Shown here piece by piece: positions 10,531 to 19,955 of a stretch of 64,000 nt of DNA; the stretch's first letter is position 1, and every line of letters begins with the position of its first letter. The stretch is from Porphyridium purpureum (Eukaryota), in assembly GCA_008690995.1 (NCBI GenBank), contig VRMN01000001.1, positions 2,046,001-2,110,000 of the forward strand, read 5' to 3'. A program made the position numbers and the translations under genes. Below the pieces are notes generated by a model. It saw only the letters and a program-made list of their open reading frames with translations, was not told the DNA's origin and searched no databases.

Positions 10531-11946
10531 ATGTGGTGCCGTTGGCTCGTGGTGCTCGGCTTGGTATGGATGCTCGCGAGGCAAACGGCAGTGACAGCGT
10601 TGCCGATTGACGCGAGCATTGCGCAATTCGACAGTGATGACTGGATGCAGGCGCATCCTCGAGCGCATTCGCCATCTTCGCAGTCCTCATTCAGTTGTGT
10701 CCCACTATTCTCAGAGTGCGGGATTGAGATGATTTCATCCGAGTGTGTGGACCTCAAGCGAGCTGCGCACGCGGACGGAGAATGCGAGCCTCTCCACATG
10801 TCATTCTACGGACACCGTCTGCAGGAAGCCAAGCTAGCATCCGAGAACGCCGCAGTTTTTGTTTCAAATTACCTCTTCACGCCGCTCACGGAGGTGGACA
10901 CCGTGGTGCCGCGGTTTTCGAGTACATTTTTCAGACTGTCGAACGAACAAGACGAGCAGGGCGTCAGGTGGACATGTCTGAGCACGGAACCCACGTTTGG
11001 AAATCAGCATCAAACACTCACGGGTCAATGCCTAGCATTGTTTTTCTCAGAATTAGCCGTGGCTGATGAAAAGGGTGAGCTACGCACAATAGAATTCTCA
11101 CCAACGGGACCCAGGTCCAACTGCGTCGTGCTCCGCGCGTGTGATGACGAAACTACAGACCCAACCGAAACACCTATGGTAGACCTGTCCGAAACGCCCA
11201 TGGCGGATACGCCTGGTCCAGTTGTCACGGATGCTGCGGCTTCAACTGCAACCGAGCCGTCGCCGGAGCCTTATAAATCTGACGAGCCGACGTCCTCCCC
11301 CACTCTTACGTCTGAAGGCATGAATTCCGGGGAAGCAACGATTTCAGGCGCGTCTGGAGACAGCTGTTTTCCGGCTAACGCATTGGTCCAGGTACGCGAC
11401 GCAGATGGAACAATCAGGTCCACAAGGATGAGTGAGCTGCAAATCGGCGACCACGTCATTTCTGGGCAGTCAGGACCAAACCTGAGGACAAGCCAGGTAT
11501 ACATGTTCGGCCACGCGGACGATAGCATCATCTCGTCCTTCCTTCGATTTTCCCTCATTGCTACGGGCGGAGATTTTCCGGCGTCGCAGCTGGTCATGAG
11601 CCCGGGTCACTACGTGTATCTGGATTCGGACAAGTTCATCCCGGCCCGGTCTGTTCGGTTGGGAGATTGGCTTGCACCGCACTGGATTGTGAGCAACATT
11701 TCAGTAGTCGTCGAACGGGGCCTCTACAATCCTCATACGACGGATGAACGACTCATGGTGCACGGTGTGGAGGTATCTAGCTTTACCGAGAGTGCCCGAC
11801 CAGAGATTGCGGCGTGGCTTTTGCTTCCTCTGCGTTTCCTATTTCACGTTTCTCATGGATCCGTGGCCGTTCGGACGCTCGACTTTGCACGTCCTGTATT
11901 GCTGCATCTGCGAGATCTGTTTCGAGTCGGGAGCAGCGCAGCCTAA
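10531..11946 (+). CDS. Secreted Hedgehog/intein (Hint, Hog-type) domain protein
   Basis: Signal peptide (MWCRWLVVLGLVWMLARQTAVTA), Cys-containing N-domain, Pro/Thr/Ser linker, then S|CFPANALV..MSELQIGDHV..LVMSPGHYVY..ARSVRLGDWL..RGLYNPHT..LMVHGVEVSSFT and a hydrophobic tail. Confidence 0.9.
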   Translation: MWCRWLVVLGLVWMLARQTAVTALPIDASIAQFDSDDWMQAHPRAHSPSSQSSFSCVPLFSECGIEMISSECVDLKRAAHADGECEPLHMSFYGHRLQEAKLASENAAVFVSNYLFTPLTEVDTVVPRFSSTFFRLSNEQDEQGVRWTCLSTEPTFGNQHQTLTGQCLALFFSELAVADEKGELRTIEFSPTGPRSNCVVLRACDDETTDPTETPMVDLSETPMADTPGPVVTDAAASTATEPSPEPYKSDEPTSSPTLTSEGMNSGEATISGASGDSCFPANALVQVRDADGTIRSTRMSELQIGDHVISGQSGPNLRTSQVYMFGHADDSIISSFLRFSLIATGGDFPASQLVMSPGHYVYLDSDKFIPARSVRLGDWLAPHWIVSNISVVVERGLYNPHTTDERLMVHGVEVSSFTESARPEIAAWLLLPLRFLFHVSHGSVAVRTLDFARPVLLHLRDLFRVGSSAA

Positions 11947-12127
11947 AGGAAAGTGCTCAGAATAACATATGATCTCTGCCGTGGCCGTTTTATCGACATT
12001 TGGATTTGCTTTGATCAACTGAAAAGTGCATACGTCTTTAGTACACATTAAGTATCCCGCACGTAGGGCCACATGCTACGGACTCCACCTTTTTTGGCAC
12101 GCTGGTTACGACGCGTATCCGTCAGAA

Positions 12128-13291
12128 TCACAAGTTCTCTGCTGGGAAACCCTTCATTGCGGTTATCTTGCGACTCATCTTGTCGAGCTCGTCAATCTCG
12201 CCATCATTCAGTCGCCAGCCGACAGCACCCGCGAGCGAATCCGCCTGTTGTGCGGTTTTGACACCAACAATTGGTGTGACGCCCTGGCAGAGCAGCCAAT
12301 TAATAGCGACCTGTGCCGGAGATTTGTCGCGCTCTTCGCCGATGCGCCGGAGGGCATCCACTGTGGGCTGCACCTGCTGCAGCAGCTCCTGATTGAAGAT
12401 CAAGTTGCGTGCGCCCCCCGGTTTCGACGCGTTTTTCTCGGTATATTTGCCGGTTAGCAAGCCCTGCGCGAGAGGAGAGTAGGCAAAGAGCTGCACGCCG
12501 AGCTCTCGGCAGGTCTCCAGCACGCCGTTTCTCTCACATGCGCGGTAAGCAAGGCTGTAGTGGACCTGGTTACTCACCAACGGCACACCGTCTGCTTTGA
12601 GCCGTGCATGTGCTGCACGCAGGCGAGAGACTTGAAAGTTTGACACGCCAATGGCGTCTGCCAAGTTTTGGTGATAGCACTGCGCCAGCCCGTCCAAGTA
12701 CATATCATTCGAGAGGGCATTGAAAAGGAATCCAGGCCAATGCTGCATGTACAGCTCGACTTTAGGCCTGCCTAGTCTGCTGAGCGAAGCGCGCAGAGCG
12801 CCTGGCACACTACGACCGGTCAGTCGCCACGGAAGAGGTGCGAACTTGGTCGCCACCATCGGCTTTTCCAAGGTGCGTGGTCGTGCGTCATCGAATTTGC
12901 GAAGCAGTTTTTCAGAAAGACCGAGACCATATACCTCGGCAGAATCCATCCATCCCAGTCCGTGGGCCAGGAGAGCATTGTACGCTTCCTGTGCCTGCTG
13001 CTCGCCAAAATCGGCACCTCCATACCCCCAGTAGCGGTCTCCCCAAGACCACACACCCACCTGCACAGGAAGCACCTCAAGCCCTCTCTCCGGATTCAGC
13101 AGGAGCTTTTTCTCCTGATCAATTGGCCTGGAGCCCGGCGCGAGCACGCTCGCAGTGCCTTTCGCGGACGGCGTGCCAGCATCGGCACGCTCACTCATAC
13201 GAACATCACATGCCGCGACCCGGTGTGTCCGCTTCTGCGCGGCCAGCTGCGAGCCCGCACCGGACGTGCCAGTGTGTCCGACGAATGCCAT
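12128..13291 (-). CDS. Plastid-targeted aldo/keto reductase (pyridoxal-reductase-like subgroup)
   Basis: GVWSWGD, DSAEVYG, VATKF, LYMQHWP, IGVSNF and AYSPLAQGLLTGKY motifs; MAFV transit peptide. Confidence 0.92.
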   Translation of the reverse strand: MAFVGHTGTSGAGSQLAAQKRTHRVAACDVRMSERADAGTPSAKGTASVLAPGSRPIDQEKKLLLNPERGLEVLPVQVGVWSWGDRYWGYGGADFGEQQAQEAYNALLAHGLGWMDSAEVYGLGLSEKLLRKFDDARPRTLEKPMVATKFAPLPWRLTGRSVPGALRASLSRLGRPKVELYMQHWPGFLFNALSNDMYLDGLAQCYHQNLADAIGVSNFQVSRLRAAHARLKADGVPLVSNQVHYSLAYRACERNGVLETCRELGVQLFAYSPLAQGLLTGKYTEKNASKPGGARNLIFNQELLQQVQPTVDALRRIGEERDKSPAQVAINWLLCQGVTPIVGVKTAQQADSLAGAVGWRLNDGEIDELDKMSRKITAMKGFPAENL

Positions 13292-14313
13292 GTTTACCAG
13301 CTGCTACGCCTCGATTCCTTCCCTGGACTTTCCCGGCCATGCCTCTGTCACCCATTCACTGCCAGACAAACGTCAACCGCTAAAATGCCTTCCACGTTGC
13401 GGTGGAAGCAGCTGCGAACTGTACCATATAGTTCTTCCTATACTGTACCCAGACCTCATTTTTTGAGGGCGCGCCGATATGTGGACAAAAATGGGGTGTA
13501 CAGTGAATGGTACACGATTCTTTTCGATGCGGGCAACATGGAGACTGCGAGCAGGGAAGGCTTGCAAGGACCTGATGCAGCCGAAGCAGACAAACAGGTC
13601 AGTAATGCGCGTCAAGCACATTGCCCTGTGGCTGGACATGTTGTCCCTGCTGCTAGAAAAGTCGTGGACCTGACGGATTCTTTTCCAAGACTGTCCAGAT
13701 CACAGGCGCTGATCAAGCATTCCTGGCCCTGCACTTTCCGGCTGCGAATTCGGGAGAGCAGCCACACTGCCTCAGGCCGAAAAGACCCAGGTCTGAATCC
13801 CAGTAGCTTGATTAGTTCACAGACAGTGAAAAGTAGTGCTTCGATGTAGAATCTGACGGGCTCTGGCCGTCGGGAGCAAGGCGCCGCGCAACTGTCATTC
13901 GCTTGTTCTGATCGAGCGCAGCCGGCTCTTGACCATCGTGCAGAAGAGCATTTACCTTTTCGACGCGGCTTCGATGTCGCTTCGCGTGCATTGAAACATC
14001 TAACCAAGACGGACAGTCCGACACGAAGGCCACGGTCAATGATACAACCACACAGCCGCTGGAGCGCTTCCATTCGCAAAAAGAGAGAGCTTAGCACCCG
14101 CAAATGGGCATCATCGAACGGCCGCCTGGCCAGCACTTGCCAGCAACCCGATCAAGTGAGCGCTGAGAACAAAAATCAGGGCCTCCCGCTCGATTCTCGC
14201 ACAACCGGATCGGGCCAATGCCATACCCGCTGTGCTTCATCCATGGGAAGGCTTTGTTGTTTTGATGGTGTGAACGCGATGTCAGAAAGGAGGAAGGGTA
14301 GACGAAGAGGAAA

Positions 14314-16110
14314 ATGGGCGAGGATGAGGACGATGGATGGATGGAAAGGATGGAGGAGGAAGTCGAAGATGCGGAACGGAATGCGCGCGAGAATCTGAAC
14401 CGGCAGCGAGTGCTGGAGCGAAAGCAGCTGGCGCTGCGTAAGGAAGTGGACGCGCTTCGGCGGCGCTCGCGCTCCGAGACCGGTGGTTCGGACGCGGTCA
14501 AGGAGAAGAACGTGCGTTTGGCTGAGATTGCGGCAGAGGAGGAGCGCCTCATGATGAGAATTAAAGAGAAGGAGGCGCAGCTGCAGAGCGTGCTGGATGA
14601 AGAGGCCGCGCAGCGCGCGATAGTGCATCAAAAGGACGAGACCCTGTCGAACATCCAGTCCCGTCTCGAGGCGGCCAAGGCACAGAAGGCATTGCTGACA
14701 GATGCAACTGCCGCACTGAACGCCGAGCTCACTGTCCAAAAGGATAAGCTGCGCGAGCTCGCGTCCGACAAAGTCTCGGTGCCTCGGCTTGAGGCCGCGC
14801 TCGAGGCAGTGCGTGTCGAGCACCAGGAGCTGCTGAATGTGCAGCAGCGCACGTTGCAGGAAGACAAGCACGTGATGCAGAGCGCCGCAAATGAGCAATT
14901 GCGCCAGGCGCGCGACGCGTTTGCCGAACGGCAGCGAGACCTCGCCGCACAAATTGACGAGGCACGAAAGCGGTTGTCGCTGCTTATGGACGGCACCGCT
15001 ACACAGGAAGAGTCCCTTCGCAAGCAGATCCATCTGTTGCGGCACAAAGTTGAGCAACTGGACCTGCAACACGAGCAAATTTCGATCGCGATTCCCGCCG
15101 CGTCGCGCCCCCTTATCAGGCAGCTCCAGGAGCTGGAACAAGTGTCGCACCGCCGAGAATGGGAGTTCAGGGAAGCGGAGCGCGCGCGCAAGGAGCAAGA
15201 CCGCCACCTTGAGCTGCAGATCCAGCAGAGTAAGGAGAACGAACGCAGCCTTCTCGAGCAGCTTCGCGAACTGTCGAGTATCACAGAGCAGCTAGAATCA
15301 GCTATCGTGAAGCTGGACCGCACAAATGCGGCCTTGCATGATGAGTTGGGAAGGCATCAGGCCGAAGCACTGCTTTCTAAGAGAGACCATGAACGGCAGC
15401 TGGAGAGCGCGCGAAGCGCCCTGGCGCGCAAGCGGGAGGCTCTGCTCAGCAAGCGACAGGCGCTGGCCGAGTTGCTCGAAGCAAACGAGCAGGAAGTAGG
15501 CGAGCTGAGCGCGCGTGTCCAGGCTCTTGCCCATGAGGTCGATCAGAGCAAGCAGCGCGTGAGTGAATCGCAGAATAAGAGATCCAGTCGTTCAAATGTG
15601 CACGGTTCCACGGGCGGAACTGTGCTGCTGATCACGTCGGACGGCCGGTATAAATCGTTGTCGGTGAAGGGAATGGAGCACGCATTATCTGTCCAGTCAC
15701 CGGAGCTGGCGGTACTTGGGGACTTAATCAAGCGACTGGAGGCAGACCAGTACGAGCCGACAAGCGAAATCGAAGAGCGCGTCATTGATCGCCTGCACGC
15801 ACTGAACAAAGTGCTCGTGGCGAGTGAGCAAACGTGGGAAACACTTGCGATGAAGAAGGCGAGTCTTGAAAAGCTTTCAGAGGACATTGCGACGACAAGT
15901 GCGCGCCGAGAGCAGCTGCGGCGTCGCGAGGAAATCGAAGCAGAAACGCTGGAAAAGATACGGGCGTTGCAGCTTGAACACGAAGAGCTTCTTCTGCGGC
16001 TGGGGGAAAAGGAGGAGGCCATCGCTGAACTGCATGCAGATATGGATGATGTTCAACATATTTACAAGGAGCAGATCACGCACTTATTGAGCCAGATCGA
16101 GAATGCCTGA
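14314..16110 (+). CDS. TMF1/Sgm1/GC5-like golgin coiled-coil protein
   Basis: Long heptad coiled coil; C-terminal LLLRLGEKEEAIAELHADMDDVQHIYKEQI matches the TMF C-terminal motif (LGEKxEEVEELxADxxDLKxMYRxQ). Confidence 0.8.
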   Translation: MGEDEDDGWMERMEEEVEDAERNARENLNRQRVLERKQLALRKEVDALRRRSRSETGGSDAVKEKNVRLAEIAAEEERLMMRIKEKEAQLQSVLDEEAAQRAIVHQKDETLSNIQSRLEAAKAQKALLTDATAALNAELTVQKDKLRELASDKVSVPRLEAALEAVRVEHQELLNVQQRTLQEDKHVMQSAANEQLRQARDAFAERQRDLAAQIDEARKRLSLLMDGTATQEESLRKQIHLLRHKVEQLDLQHEQISIAIPAASRPLIRQLQELEQVSHRREWEFREAERARKEQDRHLELQIQQSKENERSLLEQLRELSSITEQLESAIVKLDRTNAALHDELGRHQAEALLSKRDHERQLESARSALARKREALLSKRQALAELLEANEQEVGELSARVQALAHEVDQSKQRVSESQNKRSSRSNVHGSTGGTVLLITSDGRYKSLSVKGMEHALSVQSPELAVLGDLIKRLEADQYEPTSEIEERVIDRLHALNKVLVASEQTWETLAMKKASLEKLSEDIATTSARREQLRRREEIEAETLEKIRALQLEHEELLLRLGEKEEAIAELHADMDDVQHIYKEQITHLLSQIENA

Positions 16111-16162
16111 ACTTGTACGGCAAGAAAGTACATAGCAGCTGTACTCTCTGCCCAGAGCAGGA

Positions 16163-17257
16163 TCACCTGAAACCAACGCAGTGGTCGCTGTCCTCACGCT
16201 GTGCATCTGATCGCGAGACCTTTGTCTGAGTTTCCCGAGCCAAATGGATAAGGTCCGGGACAAAGGCATGGGCACGAAGCGGCATGACATGGAGTCCGCA
16301 GACCCGCTCAGTCTGATGAACTTCCAGCGTGTCAGTCAAAAACTGAAGCGAGCGAATCCACTGCAGCCGAGCCACTTGAGCAGTGGTGTTACCGTCTTGT
16401 TCGAGGCACTGCTGAATGTGCTGAGTATGTGCGCGTGTCTCTGCATCTGCCTGGATGCCGCTTAGATATAGCCAAAACGTGTATGCCGCGGGTGTGGGGA
16501 ATATTCCCATCCCAATATGCCAGTCGCATCTTTCTAAAAGCCCCCGCTTCCTCGCAGCCTTCCAAAACTGTGTGGCGTGCGAAAGGTGCAGGAAAGGCTG
16601 GGTTACTACATGCGTTGCACCGGCCTCAATTTTCTCCTCAATTTTCACGAGCTCTAGCTCCAGATTTCTTTTCGTGGATGGCACATTGGGATTTGCCACT
16701 GCCCAGAACTCGACATGCGCCGGAATCTCGCCGGCCGCTCGCATGCGAGCCGCCAGGCCTATCATCGCGACCGAATCCATGCTCAAGTACTCCATGAACG
16801 GCGACTTGCGCAGTACACTGCTTCCTGAAACGAAGAGCAGTGCGCGAGCTCCCCCATTCTCGTTCACGGCATGATGGATCTTCCTCCGAATGGAAGCTTC
16901 TGAGCGCGTTTGCGCTGCTACGGAGAACACCTTTTGCGAGGCCTTCAGGTTGCGCAGCGTGCCTAGTGGTGACGCTTGCGTTTGAGGAACCACCCCAGCT
17001 TTGAAAGCCTGTTGCAGGAGCCGTCTCCATGAGGAGACCAACGGAAGGTCAGGCTCAATGCATGCCTGCACCGATCCGTCTGTCATAAGCTTCTCCGCTA
17101 GGTGTGCATTGCGAGGATAAACGCCTGCGTACTCGAGCGAAACAAACCCGGGGCGCCATTTTTGCCCTTTCTCCGCGGTGCACATTCGATACTGGCCTCG
17201 GTACCCATGGAGCCGAGCCGTATTCGCCGGCCGGACAACGTGCACTCGCACAAGCAT
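16163..17257 (-). CDS. MTHFR-like FAD-linked oxidoreductase (catalytic barrel only, divergent)
   Basis: LLFVSGS, VANPN and KIEEKIEAGATHVVTQPF resemble MTHFR (KKVDAGADFIITQ); C-terminal GLHVMP. Start moved to ATG 17257 to avoid overlap with the neighbour. Confidence 0.65.
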   Translation of the reverse strand: MLVRVHVVRPANTARLHGYRGQYRMCTAEKGQKWRPGFVSLEYAGVYPRNAHLAEKLMTDGSVQACIEPDLPLVSSWRRLLQQAFKAGVVPQTQASPLGTLRNLKASQKVFSVAAQTRSEASIRRKIHHAVNENGGARALLFVSGSSVLRKSPFMEYLSMDSVAMIGLAARMRAAGEIPAHVEFWAVANPNVPSTKRNLELELVKIEEKIEAGATHVVTQPFLHLSHATQFWKAARKRGLLERCDWHIGMGIFPTPAAYTFWLYLSGIQADAETRAHTQHIQQCLEQDGNTTAQVARLQWIRSLQFLTDTLEVHQTERVCGLHVMPLRAHAFVPDLIHLARETQTKVSRSDAQREDSDHCVGFR

Positions 17258-17321
17258 TCTTTTTGTCTTCGCTTCTTGGTCGACACGGCAGAGTATCGAC
17301 GGGACGACATAAAAATTACCT

Positions 17322-19331
17322 TTATTGGGAAAGCGACTTGGAGGTCGAGTAGAGCTCCTGGGCACGTTCTGTTGCAATCCACCCGGCCACGGGGTCTACA
17401 AACTTGCGGACAAACACACGTGCGATAAAGATGAGGTGTTCAAGGCCGACCATGAGGAAGAATTCGAGCGCAGAATCCTTTTCACCGAGAATTTCGCGGA
17501 AGTAGCCTGCCGTCATCGAAATAATCAGGATGTTGGTTATGACAGATAGCATGGAGAGCAAGTCGAAGGCGTGGACCCAGCTGCCGATGGTAACTGCACG
17601 ATGCGGAAGAGCACGCTTGAGCAGTCGGCAGCGCTTGAAAGCGTCCGAGAAGATTTCGATGTGGTTGTTGGCGCACGCGAGTGCGGATCCTAGCGGAAAC
17701 GCTGTGGCAAATATGTTGATCTGCGCAAACTGCCGCGTCAGCTCAAAATAGTCGTCAAACACATTCTCGGCGTCGCCCAGCGCAGCCTGCTCCAGTTCGA
17801 TGCTCAGACCCGGCAGGTCTTTGGTGCGTGTCTCATCCTTCTTCTGCTCTGCGATTTCTTTCGCCTTGGCTTTAGCTTTGCGCTGCTGCATGACATATGG
17901 AATCAACGCTTCCTTGACATTCCCCGTGATGAGTTCTATCATAAGCACGTTTCGAAGACCGGCGAACAAGCGGTCAATACTGCACATGACAAACGCCATG
18001 TACAAGTAGGACATGTTCATTGCGATGAATTGGAAGAGCACAAGCTTGAGCACGAGCGCGTTGTCGTACTCGAACTCATATTTGTGGTTCTCCCAGTCGT
18101 TGAGGAAGTGCGCAATGTACTTGTACGCCATGTCAAAAATGTTCAGCGCCACAAGATAGAGTACTAGCGGCACGTTTGCCAAAAGCACCCCATGCACGAT
18201 AAACGGTTTGCTCCACCAATTCAGAAGCGCGTTCTCGGCGATCCAAAAGTTGTTGATATCCGTGAAATCGAGTGCCATGATCATCACGCGCGACGCAATG
18301 TACAGGCACATCAGTGTAATCAGACACGATACCGTGTACTTGAACGCCTTGTACTTGCTTGGGTAAACAAAAATATCCTCGTTCGTGATTGGGTCCTTCG
18401 CCGGTTCGCCCACAAATTGGGGACGCAACTCCTCTTTCAGCGCACGACTCATCAGATCCTCGTCCGCTGAATCACCTAAAATCAAGCCGCGCCATTTGTA
18501 CGTGAGACTTGTGTTGCGACGCTTCCACCCAGCGATGAAGAGCACATTCCAGACCGAGGCAAAAAGCGCGAACGCGCACATGATATATGCTCGCTCCCTT
18601 GGCATCAGCACGCTTAGCACGAACGCGAGCACGCCTAAGAATGCAAACAAATGCAATCGATGCGTATAGTAGCTGAGAAAAGCAAAGTACAGCGCGACAC
18701 GGTCACCGAAGTACTCTCGGAATTTGACCAGGTCCTCGTCGTTGAGCATGTGCTTCTTCTTGGAGAAACACGCCATGAGCTCATTCACACGGCTCTCTTC
18801 GTGCAGTGCAAACAAGTCCGTTACATATTCGTTGCGTTCGCACCACATGAGGAGCGTCTCGCGACCCTGAACACCCTCGAAGAGCTCTGGGTCTGGCAGT
18901 ACATGATCGGTTGCATAATGCAGCAACAGCAGTTGATCAGCTTGCGTCAAGAAGACGTTTGGCGAGTCAGCATTGACGAACTTGTCTACCTCGCTCAACG
19001 TGAACGGCTGCATGCCCTTTCCGTGCCCCTTTTTGACGCGCTTCATCAAGCGCAAGTCCGCGGCGAGATCCATCAGCCTCTGCCATGTCGCCGACACTTT
19101 ACACACAAACACCGGTTCTCCGTCCTGCTGGATGTCTTCACCAGATACAGACGCGGCCTCCGCATCCTTCCCCTTCTTCTTACTGTCCGCCGGCTCTGCA
19201 TGGCGCACCTGCTTCTCCACCTCCACTTCCAACCCGCCCTGCTCGCGCATCGCGGTGCAAAAGTGGGCGATCAACTCGTCCGGCGTGTCGCCATCGAAGA
19301 TCGCTATAATCGGAGCCACGCGCGCCGCCAT
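17322..19331 (-). CDS. Anoctamin/TMEM16 family channel/scramblase (ANO10-like)
   Basis: FALHE, REYFGDRVALYFAFLSYYT, WKRR, LNDWENHK..YDNALVLKLVLFQF, FDDYFELTRQFA, FPL..NNHIEIFSDAFK and IGSW motifs. Confidence 0.93.
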   Translation of the reverse strand: MAARVAPIIAIFDGDTPDELIAHFCTAMREQGGLEVEVEKQVRHAEPADSKKKGKDAEAASVSGEDIQQDGEPVFVCKVSATWQRLMDLAADLRLMKRVKKGHGKGMQPFTLSEVDKFVNADSPNVFLTQADQLLLLHYATDHVLPDPELFEGVQGRETLLMWCERNEYVTDLFALHEESRVNELMACFSKKKHMLNDEDLVKFREYFGDRVALYFAFLSYYTHRLHLFAFLGVLAFVLSVLMPRERAYIMCAFALFASVWNVLFIAGWKRRNTSLTYKWRGLILGDSADEDLMSRALKEELRPQFVGEPAKDPITNEDIFVYPSKYKAFKYTVSCLITLMCLYIASRVMIMALDFTDINNFWIAENALLNWWSKPFIVHGVLLANVPLVLYLVALNIFDMAYKYIAHFLNDWENHKYEFEYDNALVLKLVLFQFIAMNMSYLYMAFVMCSIDRLFAGLRNVLMIELITGNVKEALIPYVMQQRKAKAKAKEIAEQKKDETRTKDLPGLSIELEQAALGDAENVFDDYFELTRQFAQINIFATAFPLGSALACANNHIEIFSDAFKRCRLLKRALPHRAVTIGSWVHAFDLLSMLSVITNILIISMTAGYFREILGEKDSALEFFLMVGLEHLIFIARVFVRKFVDPVAGWIATERAQELYSTSKSLSQ

Positions 19332-19559
19332 AGTGACCGCTCCCACCGTCGCGAGCACTCTCTCCCGACGCGGCTTCCCGTCGCCACTCGGCCGACACAC
19401 TCCCACAGCCCTTCGCGATTCTCCTCCCGCATCCAACCCGCCCACAACCCCAACGATCCAAAGGCAGAACCGCTCGGTCCTGCCAATGTACCTTTCCCAC
19501 TCTCCCACACATACTCACATACATATTCATATTCTTTATTTTTTGCCATTTCACAAAGC

Positions 19560-19644
19560 GCCGCATTAGTTTAAGGGTTCGTGAGATCTTCAAGAATTCC
19601 AGTTTCCCAAACTGGTGGCCCGAGTTCGAGTCTCGGATGCGGTA
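19560..19644 (+). tRNA. trnG-CCC: tRNA-Gly(CCC) with a 14-nt D-loop intron (19579-19592, position 20/21)
   Basis: Acceptor GCCGCAT/ATGCGGT + A73; D-stem GTTT/GAAT; anticodon arm CCAGT-TTCCCAA-ACTGG; T arm CCGAG-TTCGAGT-CTCGG; TTTT Pol III terminator at 19646-19649. The D-loop is 21 nt unless the 14-nt insert is removed. Confidence 0.88.
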
Positions 19645-19955
19645 ATTTTGGAAATCGTTTTGCCGAAATGCATGCTCGCGACTGAGGTTTTATTTTTTGG
19701 GTGTCTCGTTAGGGAGTTACATCGGCACTGAACGGCTGGCGCGCGATACCTCTTGGCATCCCACATGACGCTCCGCGGCACGGCTTGAAAGTGAGAAAGC
19801 GTCCACGTGGGTGTTTTCCCCGTAAAGCAATGCATGCGTTCTCAAGCTATGGTATGCAAAAGTGCATCGTCGCTAGCCAGGTTCCCAACTTCCGGTGGAC
19901 GTTTCCGGTGGAGTCGAGTCGTCCAAGTCCTGCGCTTCTTGCGTTTCTTCCTTTG

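Noticed and set aside
12962..14136. 295-aa and 174-aa ORFs between the AKR and golgin genes
   Set aside because: Partly antisense to the AKR gene and no domain signal; treated as intergenic.
14176..16022. Long antisense ORFs (343, 231, 159 aa) over the golgin gene, and similar shadows over other genes
   Set aside because: Expected antisense shadows of GC-rich coding sequence; no motifs.
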